A stretch of 64,000 bases of DNA from an uncultured Gammaproteobacteria bacterium. GTDB taxonomy: Bacteria > Patescibacteriota > Microgenomatia > Levybacterales > UBA12049. A program made the position numbers and the translations under genes. Numbering within the stretch: position 1 is the stretch's first letter; the number at the start of each line of letters is the position of its first letter. The stretch lies in NCBI GenBank assembly GCA_965230895.1, contig OZ246394.1:569316-633315 (forward strand), given 5' to 3'. Below, in pieces: positions 7,772-16,326 of this stretch. A model generated the notes under the pieces. That model was not told where the DNA came from and searched no databases. It saw only the letters and a program-made list of their open reading frames with translations.

Positions 7772-9819
7772 GCCGCAAGCTTATCATCAGTATCACCAGC
7801 AAGTACTCTATCAACTTCTCTTTTCGTAGCAGTTAATCCGTCCTCTTTGGCGACTACAGGCATCTTATTATATATTTCTATTACGCCAGTTAGATATGCT
7901 TGCGCTGCAGTAACTTCTGCCTCACTCGTTATCAGTGGAGTTCTCCAATCTTCCCCTGCACTTGTAGGACTATTTGATCCATCAACTTTTTTGCCTAATT
8001 GATAGATGAGACCACTATTTGTATCTTTGTCTGGACCAACCATCTTGGCTGCAACTTCTCGCAATGGAGCTTTAAATTCAATATCCCATACTGGGAATAT
8101 TTGTCGGATCGCATTTCCCCATTCATGCAAACGATTTTTTAATGCCCTTTGGTCTACCTTGATTTCAGGTTTTTTATTCTTTTTATCTTCTTTTGCGATG
8201 AGTTTTGCTTTCATTGCAGCCGCAGATTTTGCTTCAACTTTTGGTTTAACGTCAACTTGAGCATCAATTTTTGCACTTGTTTGCGTAGACGCAATTGCTT
8301 CAACATTGGTCTGTGAGACAGCTATCATTTCTGTATTTGTTTGAGTCACGATCTGCATACGAGGCGCAACTTGCGCTTCTGTTACAATACCTGGCTGAAC
8401 TTTTACTTCAGGCTTCGTCATCAATTCAGGCTCTGTTTTTATCGGCTGCATTTCCACTTTTCCAGTTGTTATTTGCTCTACAATTCGGCCAGTTGCGAGT
8501 TGGTCTGGAGATGTCTGTAAGAACCTATCAACTTTTAACTGAGCCTCTTTGATATTTGGGACAATTCCAGCTCTCAAATATGCTTGCGCTACTCGCTCTC
8601 GTTGCTCTGCTTCTACTTTTTCTTTTTTTTCTTTCGTTTTCTTATCATCTTCAGGAAGAATATCTAAGTATGAAAGGTTGGCAAGTTCTCGAGTATTTAC
8701 AGAAACGGTTTCGATGTGAGCAACTGGGTTTTGCTCTATTATTCGGTCCTCAGGAACAGCTGGCTTTGATACGATTACAGGTTTCAATTCTTCGGCTACA
8801 GAACGTGTCTGTACAACCTGCGCAATTACTTTTTGCACAGGAGCTGCTGGTGCTTCAACTGTCTTGGCAGGCTGCTCAATCACAGCTTGTGTCTCAACAA
8901 CCACTTCTGGTTTGGGTGCAACTGTTGGTTCTATTGACGGACGAATGATAACCGGAGGCTCTTGAATGACAGTTTCAAAAACTTTCATTTCAGGTTTCGC
9001 AGTTGGTTCAACGATTGCCTCAGTCGGAGTTGAGATTACTTCGGTTGGGACTATTTTTTCGACAGGTACGTTTACTTTTTCTTCTAAATCTACTTTTGAC
9101 TGTGTAACTTCTTTTGGTTGTGTTTGTACTTCTGGTTGATTCACTTTTTCTAAGGAAACAACGGGTGAAACGACTTTCTCTACAGCAATATCTGATTTTT
9201 GCTCTACGTTAGCATCTGGTTGAGGTGCTTTGGATTCTGGAAGCTTTACTTGAGCATCTTTAACATGGTTATTATTTATCTCATTATTGAAAGGAGCAGA
9301 TTGCGAAACATTTTCTTTTGAAACCAGACTTTTCGGAGTGGCTTCAGCATGAGGTTTAAACTCTGGTAGTTTATCTAGTCTCGTATTTGCACTTGATTGT
9401 GGGATAACTGCAGCTACTTCAATATTTCCTTTTTTAGCTCCATTGGATGAAGTTGCTTCGGGAGCTTTTGATTTAGGAGTGTTTTCTTTTACCAAAGAGA
9501 CCGCTGGAGAAGATTCTGTAAGTGAATCCATCCGAGGTGTTCTTGCCGAAGATTCCATAAATCCTCCAGTTTTGTTACCAACTGATCGGCTTGATTGGAA
9601 TTTGCTTCCTTCGAGAGAAAGTGAAGGTTTTGATACAGAACCGAGGGAAGGTCTGCTTTCAGAACTTTTACCAAATGATGCAAGTCCTCGTGAAGAAAAT
9701 GAAGAAGTCATTCCAGATCCGGATCCTCGTTCTATACCACCACCGAAGCCGCGTCCTCCACTTAATGTGGCTGTTCCGCCGCCTCGTGATCCTCCTGATA
9801 TTCCACCTGTTTTTGCCAT
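7768..9819 (-). CDS. Large low-complexity hypothetical protein (Gly/Ser-rich N-terminus, Pro/Glu/Val/Lys-rich middle)
   Basis: 683-aa uninterrupted ORF with strong SD (AAGGAG) and upstream TATACT. Confidence 0.75.
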   Translation of the reverse strand: MAKTGGISGGSRGGGTATLSGGRGFGGGIERGSGSGMTSSFSSRGLASFGKSSESRPSLGSVSKPSLSLEGSKFQSSRSVGNKTGGFMESSARTPRMDSLTESSPAVSLVKENTPKSKAPEATSSNGAKKGNIEVAAVIPQSSANTRLDKLPEFKPHAEATPKSLVSKENVSQSAPFNNEINNNHVKDAQVKLPESKAPQPDANVEQKSDIAVEKVVSPVVSLEKVNQPEVQTQPKEVTQSKVDLEEKVNVPVEKIVPTEVISTPTEAIVEPTAKPEMKVFETVIQEPPVIIRPSIEPTVAPKPEVVVETQAVIEQPAKTVEAPAAPVQKVIAQVVQTRSVAEELKPVIVSKPAVPEDRIIEQNPVAHIETVSVNTRELANLSYLDILPEDDKKTKEKKEKVEAEQRERVAQAYLRAGIVPNIKEAQLKVDRFLQTSPDQLATGRIVEQITTGKVEMQPIKTEPELMTKPEVKVQPGIVTEAQVAPRMQIVTQTNTEMIAVSQTNVEAIASTQTSAKIDAQVDVKPKVEAKSAAAMKAKLIAKEDKKNKKPEIKVDQRALKNRLHEWGNAIRQIFPVWDIEFKAPLREVAAKMVGPDKDTNSGLIYQLGKKVDGSNSPTSAGEDWRTPLITSEAEVTAAQAYLTGVIEIYNKMPVVAKEDGLTATKREVDRVLAGDTDDKLAA

Positions 9820-10121
9820 ATATGTATATCTCCTTTAAAGTTACAGTTTGTAATCATTTCTTTATTTCTTGATAAGTTGCACATGCAAACTGTATCTTCA
9901 ATGAGGAGTATAACGCTGGAGGCTAAGTTACACTTGATACTAACCTTACAAAATCCTTACAACACACAAGTCTTTTCCTTTACGATGAAACGAAAATAAA
10001 CAAAAAAATGCTAGATTTAGCCTTTGAATTCATTCAGAAACTATTTTCATTCGTTTTATAAGGTATATATCAAGTGAGTTTCCTGATTCTGCATATACTG
10101 TAACCAGAAGGAGAAACAATT

Positions 10122-10376
10122 ATGACATTCAAAATGCTATTTGGAAAGCCAGAGACAAAAGCAGCAAACGCTTGGAAAAAGAAAATGGAAGAACGAGAAA
10201 TTGAAAAGAATATTTTCCATACTACGGGAAGACTCCAAGAATCTCGAGCATTTGCTGAGACAGCAATGGAAGAAATTACTTTACCTATGCAAACGCCTGA
10301 AGTAGCTATCAAACCAATTGTAGTCTTTTCAAGAGATTTACTAACGCCAATGGATTTTATCAAGATGGCAATGTAA
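10122..10376 (+). CDS. Small hypothetical protein
   Basis: 84-aa ORF with AAGGAG 8 nt upstream of ATG; overlaps the rnhB stop convergently by 17 nt. Confidence 0.55.
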   Translation: MTFKMLFGKPETKAANAWKKKMEEREIEKNIFHTTGRLQESRAFAETAMEEITLPMQTPEVAIKPIVVFSRDLLTPMDFIKMAM

Positions 10377-10980
10377 ATTTGGATAAGTTAAATGAAGTCC
10401 TGTGTAAATCACATAAACCAAATTGTTTGATTGCTTCGCGATGCTTCTTTGTCCCGTACCCTTTATTTGTGAAGAAATCATATTTTTCATATTGTGAATG
10501 CAGTTTTTCCATTAGCTCATCTCTATACACCTTTGCAATAATGGATGCAGCGGCAATTGAGATACTGATGCTATCTCCTTTGATTATTGGCGTTTGCATT
10601 TTTGGTGTTATTGATTGGATCAGAAAAGCATCCATAAGAATATGTTGAGGTTCGTGCTTTAAATTTTTAACTGCTTGTGTAAATGCCATTTGTGCAGCTT
10701 TTCCCACTCCAATCTTATTAATGACTGGAACTGAGATTTCAGCGATAGAATAACTAAGCGCATGCTCTTTAATAATGGCAGATAATTCTTTACGGACTTT
10801 TGCTGAAAGCTTTTTGGAATCATTAATCTTATCTGTAGCCTTAAAATTTGAAGGAAGTACTACTGCAGCTGCTACAACCGGACCAGCAAAACATCCTCTT
10901 CCCACTTCATCAACCCCAGCGACATGCTGTATTCCAGCATCCCAATATTTTCTTTCATGTTCAAATGTTGGTAATATCAT
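10360..10980 (-). CDS. rnhB: Ribonuclease HII
   Basis: GVDEVGRG, GPVVAAAV, DSKKLS, KGD, IAAASIIAKV, NKGYGT, HRTSF. Confidence 0.97.
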   Translation of the reverse strand: MILPTFEHERKYWDAGIQHVAGVDEVGRGCFAGPVVAAAVVLPSNFKATDKINDSKKLSAKVRKELSAIIKEHALSYSIAEISVPVINKIGVGKAAQMAFTQAVKNLKHEPQHILMDAFLIQSITPKMQTPIIKGDSISISIAAASIIAKVYRDELMEKLHSQYEKYDFFTNKGYGTKKHREAIKQFGLCDLHRTSFNLSKFTLPS

Positions 10981-10988
10981 AAAACAAA

Positions 10989-11066
10989 TGTCATCCTAAG
11001 TCCCTGTAAGGGAGAACTTGTTTCAGGATCTTTAATGAAAGATTCCGAAATAAATTCGGAATGACA
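10989..11066. repeat. REP/REPIN-like palindrome doublet, copy 1 (16-nt insertion in the left arm)
   Basis: TGTCATCCT[AAGTCCCTGTAAGGGA]GAACTTGTTTCAGGATC-tttaatgaaa-GATTCCGAAATAAATTCGGAATGACA. Confidence 0.85.
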
Positions 11067-11072
11067 ATAAAA

Positions 11073-12290
11073 TTATTCCAGTAAACTTTCCTGCTCTCCT
11101 CCTTCAGAAAGAAGTGTCGAAGCCTCCAAGCTTGGAAGCGATGGCAAAGAAGATCCTAGAATCCCTTGGAGCTCTCCATACATTGAGGCTGTATTCCCCA
11201 TTAACCTGTTTAATTGCATTTCCCGTTTCTTCCAGATCCGTACTGTCGAACGTTTTTCAGTTTCTAAATCCTGCGACAATGCGATCAAACTTTCAACTTG
11301 GGTTTCAAATTTATTTCGGAATCCATCTTTTGTTAGATAATTAAACAATGCTTCCAATCGCTCATCTTTATGTGCTGCCGTTGCCCGGGCGATAGCGACT
11401 TCCATCAAACCTGTACGAACGACACTCGCCAAAGGAATCGCATATTTATAACTTGTCACCCAAACACCTTCATAAAATTTGAATGTATCTATTCCTTCCG
11501 GCAAAACATCACTGACAATGATTGCGACACTTGCATCGACCCTCCTTTTATCATCACGCAATTTTGTTGTCCATGAACCACTCCATGCTTTGGTTCTTTT
11601 CGTTTCCCAAAGAATCATTCCAGCCATATTGCCAAATTTATTCTTCACTTTTTGCATCAGATCAGCACCATCAATTCCTTTTGGAACAGGGACAATTTCA
11701 TCAGTTGCAAAGACTTCACGCAATTGATTCTCTAGATCTAATTCCAGGACTTCTCCTTGCAATTGCTGAGAACCTTGTTGTGCTTTTCTTTGCGCATCTT
11801 CCAAAGCCTTTTGCGTATCTTCAAGTTTTTTCTGCAACTCAAGTTCCTTTAGCCGAGATTCTTCTTTAACTGCTTTTGAAACTTCAAGTTCAATTGATTC
11901 CCGCTCTTTCAAAAGTTTCTTTTGCATCTCAAGCTCACGCTCTTTATCTTTTTGTGTTAAGCTACGAATGTCTTTTGTTAATTCAAGAATTTGTTCTTGC
12001 AGTTCCTTATTTCGTTTGCTCGCTTCTTCCGCTTCGTTTTGAGAGTTTTTTAATTGTAACTCCAGCGTCTCTTTGGCACGCTTCATAGCACGTTCTTCGG
12101 CTTCAAGTTTTGCTTTTTCAAGCGCTTCTTTATGTTCTGCTGCTTGCTTCTCTGCTTCAAGTTGGATCTTTTCAAGTTCTGCTTTATGCGTTGCAGTCTG
12201 CTCTTCACGGATGGTCTCACGCATCTGATGAGTAAAGGCTTCGGAGAGTTCAACTGGCTTACCACAATGAGGACATTTAACGTTATTCAT
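11073..12290 (-). CDS. DUF2130-family coiled-coil protein
   Basis: N-terminal CPHCG; long coiled coil; GSQQLQGEVLE, VPKGIDGAD and WETKRTKAWS..W..KL. Confidence 0.85.
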   Translation of the reverse strand: MNNVKCPHCGKPVELSEAFTHQMRETIREEQTATHKAELEKIQLEAEKQAAEHKEALEKAKLEAEERAMKRAKETLELQLKNSQNEAEEASKRNKELQEQILELTKDIRSLTQKDKERELEMQKKLLKERESIELEVSKAVKEESRLKELELQKKLEDTQKALEDAQRKAQQGSQQLQGEVLELDLENQLREVFATDEIVPVPKGIDGADLMQKVKNKFGNMAGMILWETKRTKAWSGSWTTKLRDDKRRVDASVAIIVSDVLPEGIDTFKFYEGVWVTSYKYAIPLASVVRTGLMEVAIARATAAHKDERLEALFNYLTKDGFRNKFETQVESLIALSQDLETEKRSTVRIWKKREMQLNRLMGNTASMYGELQGILGSSLPSLPSLEASTLLSEGGEQESLLE

Positions 12291-12367
12291 AGGAATACCA
12301 TAATAAACCTAGAAAGAATATTGCGCAAGTATCGACACACCGTACAGAATAAAAAACTATATTTGGG

Positions 12368-12393
12368 GATCCTGAAACAAGTTCAGGATGACA
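12368..12393. repeat. REP-like palindrome singlet, copy 2
   Basis: GATCCTGAAACAAGTTCAGGATGACA is the exact reverse complement of the copy at 52920. Confidence 0.85.
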
Positions 12394-12418
12394 GCGATAT
12401 TTATGCTAAAATAACTGT

Positions 12419-12820
12419 ATGAAAACGGTGCTTCGATCAATTGCAATTTACCTCTTTGCACTTTATTTCTTACCTCAAATGATTCCAGGATTTACCCTTG
12501 AAGGAGGATTTTGGACGCTTGTTATCGGTGCAACGACATTAGCTCTCATGTTCTTAATATTAAAACCAATATTGAACATTATCAGTTTTCCTGTGAACCT
12601 TATCACGCTCGGACTTTTTTCAATCGTCATCAATGCGTTTATCCTTTATTTGCTAACAATTGTTGTTCCTGAAATTACTGTCCAACCATTTAGTTATCCA
12701 AGAACAGAACTTTCTGGATTTATACTTCCAAAGACTGAGTTTAATACGTTCTTTGCATATGCTTATTCTGCTTTTGTTTTAGCAACAATTAATTCTGTCA
12801 TCCGTTGGCTTATAAAATAG
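12419..12820 (+). CDS. YvlD/DUF360 family 4-TM membrane protein (phage holin family 4_2)
   Basis: LKPILNIISFPVNLITLGLFSIVINA signature; adjacent to yvcK. Confidence 0.85.
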   Translation: MKTVLRSIAIYLFALYFLPQMIPGFTLEGGFWTLVIGATTLALMFLILKPILNIISFPVNLITLGLFSIVINAFILYLLTIVVPEITVQPFSYPRTELSGFILPKTEFNTFFAYAYSAFVLATINSVIRWLIK

Positions 12821-12821
12821 T

Positions 12822-13778
12822 ATGTCAAAACACCTCAAAATAGTTTGCCTCGGTGGAGGCAAAGGAACCAGTAGCCTGATCCAAGGATTAAAAGACTTTG
12901 ATCCCGAACTTACGGTCATTACCTCAATGGCTGATGATGGTGGCTCTTCAGGAAGATTACGAAAAACATACAACATCATGCCACCTGGCGATATTGTCGC
13001 TTGTATCGCTGCTTTAATACCTGATAAGGAAATGTCAGCATTATTGACGCATAGGTTTCCTGGTAACAATAAAACTTCAAAGGAATTAGGCGGACACAAA
13101 CTTGGGAATCTCATGATGCTAGCAGAAATCCAACGGACAGGAGACTTTTATAAAGCCCTTGATGCTGTGAAACAGATCTTTGGTGTCACAGCCGATATCC
13201 TCCCTGCAACAGATGAGAGGACAAGACTAAGTGCTTTTACAATTGATGGTCGAAGACTCCATAGTGAGACAACAATGGATTTGGCATTGTATGCAGAGCC
13301 TTATGGCATCAAAAAGATATATCTTACACCCAAAACACCAAAGGTTAATCCACTCGTTGTCAAAAAACTTATGGATGCAGATGTTATTATCAGTGGACCT
13401 GGAGATCTTTATACTAATCAATTACCCGTGCTAATCGTTCCTCAAATTAAAGATGCATTATTTAAAAGTAAAGCTAAAAAGTTATTTGTACTCAATATTG
13501 CGAATAAACCTTTTGAGACAAAGGATTTTACGTTGGACAGTTTTGTCAAAGCTTTTGAAGAACATCTAGGGGATTTTCCATTTGATACTGTAATTGCAAA
13601 CCGAAACAGTTCAATACCTATTCCTAAAAAATATCGTTATGCGTATATACCTTTGGATTCAAAAGAAGAGAGGAAACGACAATATAAGCTTGAGACAGAT
13701 GATCTGGTGAATCGAGATTTTCCACTCTACCATGATTCCCACAAACTTGCTCAGCTGGTCATGAAGTCAATTGGATAA
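12822..13778 (+). CDS. yvcK: YvcK/GlmR (UPF0052, CofD-like) protein
   Basis: KIVCLGGGKG, ADDGGSSGRLR, PPGD, GHKLGNL, GPGDLYT, HD..KLA. Confidence 0.9.
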   Translation: MSKHLKIVCLGGGKGTSSLIQGLKDFDPELTVITSMADDGGSSGRLRKTYNIMPPGDIVACIAALIPDKEMSALLTHRFPGNNKTSKELGGHKLGNLMMLAEIQRTGDFYKALDAVKQIFGVTADILPATDERTRLSAFTIDGRRLHSETTMDLALYAEPYGIKKIYLTPKTPKVNPLVVKKLMDADVIISGPGDLYTNQLPVLIVPQIKDALFKSKAKKLFVLNIANKPFETKDFTLDSFVKAFEEHLGDFPFDTVIANRNSSIPIPKKYRYAYIPLDSKEERKRQYKLETDDLVNRDFPLYHDSHKLAQLVMKSIG

Positions 13779-13822
13779 ATTTAAGTTTGTAAATCAAACC
13801 TGTCTGGTATATAATGCTAAGT

Positions 13823-14047
13823 ATGGATATGGCTCTTTCAATCATCCAAATTTTGATCTCAGTTCTGCTTGTTGCAGCAATTTTGCTTCAGGCTCCGGGA
13901 ACAGGTCTTTCACCAGTATTTGGTGGAGGTGGAGAAGCGTACCGAAGTAAAAGAAGTGCGCAAAAATTCCTCGTTATCGCAACTATTGGTCTTTCAGCCG
14001 CTTTAGTCCTTCTATCAATTACACTTCTGGTACTACAAAACAGATAA
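13823..14047 (+). CDS. secG: Preprotein translocase subunit SecG
   Basis: Two TMs; ILLQAPGTGLSPVFGGGG; YRSKR. Confidence 0.9.
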   Translation: MDMALSIIQILISVLLVAAILLQAPGTGLSPVFGGGGEAYRSKRSAQKFLVIATIGLSAALVLLSITLLVLQNR

Positions 14048-14063
14048 AAAAGAAAAGAGTACT

Positions 14064-15446
14064 ATGGCAGTTATTCGTAAACGACTCATATTCTGGCTAA
14101 TCAAAGCTTACATCAAAAAGTCTGGAAAGGTGCTTCTTCTTGCTTTTGTAGGAATTACACTTCTTTTCGGAGGATTATTTTTTGCTTCCCGATACTTTTC
14201 CTATTTCTCCCAGATTACGATTCCATTTGCAAAAAAGGAAACAATTGGTTTAGTTGGAGCGTACACCCAAGATACTCTCCCGAGAGAAGTCGTTTCAAAG
14301 CTTTCATCTGGACTTACAACACTTGGTGAGGATGGAAGTATTAAACCTGGATTGGCAGAGACTTGGGAGACACTTGATAATGGAAAAACATATAAATTCA
14401 ATTTAAAGAAAGATCTTAAATTTAATAATGGTAAAGAGATTACTTCGGAAACAATTAACTATAATTTCGCTGATGTTACTGTAGAAAAACCTGATAAGTA
14501 TACAATTATCTATAAATTAAAAGATGCCTATTCACCGTTTCTGGTAACTGCTTCTCGACCGGTATTTGATAAAGGGTATGCTGGAGTTGGAGATTATAGG
14601 ATTGAAAAAGTGGACCTAAATGGTAATTTCGTTCAATCGTTAACACTTGCTTCGGTCAAAAACAGACAGGATACAATTCACTATGAATTTTACCCAAGTG
14701 AGGAAGCGTTGAAAATGGCATTTCTTTTGGGAGAAGTTTCTGAGGTTCGAGGGCTTGTAACGAATCACTATCAGGAAGCATCATTCAAAGCTTTTCCAAA
14801 TGTGACGGTACAAGAAAGTGCAAATTATGATAGACTTGTCACCCTCTTTTTTAATACTACTGATGGAACTCTGTCTGATAAAAAGATCCGTATCGCTTTA
14901 AGTTATGCAATCCCTGATACTTTCCCTGAAGGACAACGCGCATACTTACCGTATTCACCAAGATCCACTTTTTATAATGCCGAAGTTGAAACAAGAAAGC
15001 ACGATATTAATCGGGCAAAGCTCCTTTTACTCCCGGCTGAAGGCGCGAGTGCAAGTGCTCAGACCACTGCACCAAAGGAATTAACAATTCAAACATTGCG
15101 AAAGTATAAGCCGACAGCTGATGCAATCTCAGCTTCCTGGAAGGAACTAGGTATTAATACTAAAGTTGAAGAAGTTGATGGAATACCAAATGGCTACCAA
15201 ATTTTCCTTGGTGATTTCAGTGTTCCACGCGATCCTGATCAGTACACGATCTGGCATAGTGATCAGAGAAACAATATTACTCGATACAAAAATTTGAGAA
15301 TTGATAAGCTTCTTGAAGATGGAAGAAAGACTGTCGATCCAGCACAACGAAAACAACTTTATGCTGATTTTCAAAAATACTTAATGGAAGATGCACCAGC
15401 CGCTTTTCTCTATTTCCCTACAGAATATAGTGTTGTAAGAAAGTAA
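14064..15446 (+). CDS. Family 5 (peptide/nickel) ABC solute-binding protein, membrane anchored
   Basis: GLTT..EDGSIKPGLAETWE, YKFNLKKDLKFNNG, DPDQYTIWHS, NITRYKNLRIDKLLE. Confidence 0.85.
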   Translation: MAVIRKRLIFWLIKAYIKKSGKVLLLAFVGITLLFGGLFFASRYFSYFSQITIPFAKKETIGLVGAYTQDTLPREVVSKLSSGLTTLGEDGSIKPGLAETWETLDNGKTYKFNLKKDLKFNNGKEITSETINYNFADVTVEKPDKYTIIYKLKDAYSPFLVTASRPVFDKGYAGVGDYRIEKVDLNGNFVQSLTLASVKNRQDTIHYEFYPSEEALKMAFLLGEVSEVRGLVTNHYQEASFKAFPNVTVQESANYDRLVTLFFNTTDGTLSDKKIRIALSYAIPDTFPEGQRAYLPYSPRSTFYNAEVETRKHDINRAKLLLLPAEGASASAQTTAPKELTIQTLRKYKPTADAISASWKELGINTKVEEVDGIPNGYQIFLGDFSVPRDPDQYTIWHSDQRNNITRYKNLRIDKLLEDGRKTVDPAQRKQLYADFQKYLMEDAPAAFLYFPTEYSVVRK

Positions 15447-15448
15447 GC

Positions 15449-16249
15449 TTATTTTTGAGCCTTAAGAAATGCTAACGTTCCAGCATCATAAAGCTCATTG
15501 GTGAATAATAATTCGAACGGTTCTTGCTTCTCCTGAACGTCATCGGCATGTCCGACAAATACAAAAGTTACTTTATGACTCAAAGTAAATAATTCTTCAC
15601 CCATTTCTAAATCTGATGGACTATCTCCGAAGATATAGAATTTCTCTGGAACAATATTCTTTTCACTCATCCAACGTATGTATTGCCTGATAGCATGACG
15701 TTTGTTTGCATCCTTGTGTTTGATATTTATACCAATGCGGTCGTATGATGCAGTCAAGTACGCATAATCTTTAATTTCATCACGAAATACAGCAACTATT
15801 TCATTTCCTCCATCTCTAAAGTAATCTTTGCCACTATTTGCTTCCATTGTAAATTGTGTATGCTTTTCGTGTTCAACAGATCCGATATTATGGAATTTCT
15901 CTGCAACCTTGTTTAATCTTTTCCGCAAGTCTTTTGGGATAGAAAATTCTGGGTTGTAACGAATTTCTCTTCGACCACCCTTATGAAACGCATATGCTCC
16001 ACTAAACTCACCAGAGACATATAAATTGTTAAGCATATTCTTATCCATTCGAGGATGTTCTTCCAAATATAGCTCAAGCACAGAGATAACTTGCTGGTGT
16101 AGCCAACCTATCCCTCTCCCACTAATAAGAGCAACAGGTGTACCATCAGCTAGCATTTGAGTTATTCTTTCGATAAGCTCTGGCTTTGTGATTTTCTTTT
16201 CGATTGGACTTGTGATGACTCCATCTACATCAAAGATATATGCATTCAT
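15449..16249 (-). CDS. HAD-superfamily hydrolase (class IIB-like)
   Basis: FDVDGVI (motif I), ISGR, NK, FGDSPSDLEM (motif IV); start set at ATG 16249, 6 nt after TACAAT. Confidence 0.85.
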   Translation of the reverse strand: MNAYIFDVDGVITSPIEKKITKPELIERITQMLADGTPVALISGRGIGWLHQQVISVLELYLEEHPRMDKNMLNNLYVSGEFSGAYAFHKGGRREIRYNPEFSIPKDLRKRLNKVAEKFHNIGSVEHEKHTQFTMEANSGKDYFRDGGNEIVAVFRDEIKDYAYLTASYDRIGINIKHKDANKRHAIRQYIRWMSEKNIVPEKFYIFGDSPSDLEMGEELFTLSHKVTFVFVGHADDVQEKQEPFELLFTNELYDAGTLAFLKAQK

Positions 16250-16291
16250 GGGAACATTGTAGTACAAAGCACCAATGAACTCTAGAGCATT

Positions 16292-16320
16292 TTGACAGCC
16301 CGGAGGATTTTTATTATAAT
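16292..16320 (+). promoter_or_regulatory. Consensus sigma70 promoter, probably giving a leaderless transcript
   Basis: TTGACA-N17-TATAAT followed 6 nt later by ATG 16327. Confidence 0.75.
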
Positions 16321-16326
16321 TCCGGG

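Noticed and set aside
9815-9845. pET vector contamination
   Set aside because: The match is short and imperfect; no T7 promoter, lac operator or tag sequence; the flanks are continuous native-looking DNA.
12419-12820. Holin-family gene as evidence of a prophage
   Set aside because: YvlD/DUF360 is a common chromosomal gene beside yvcK; no phage genes are nearby.
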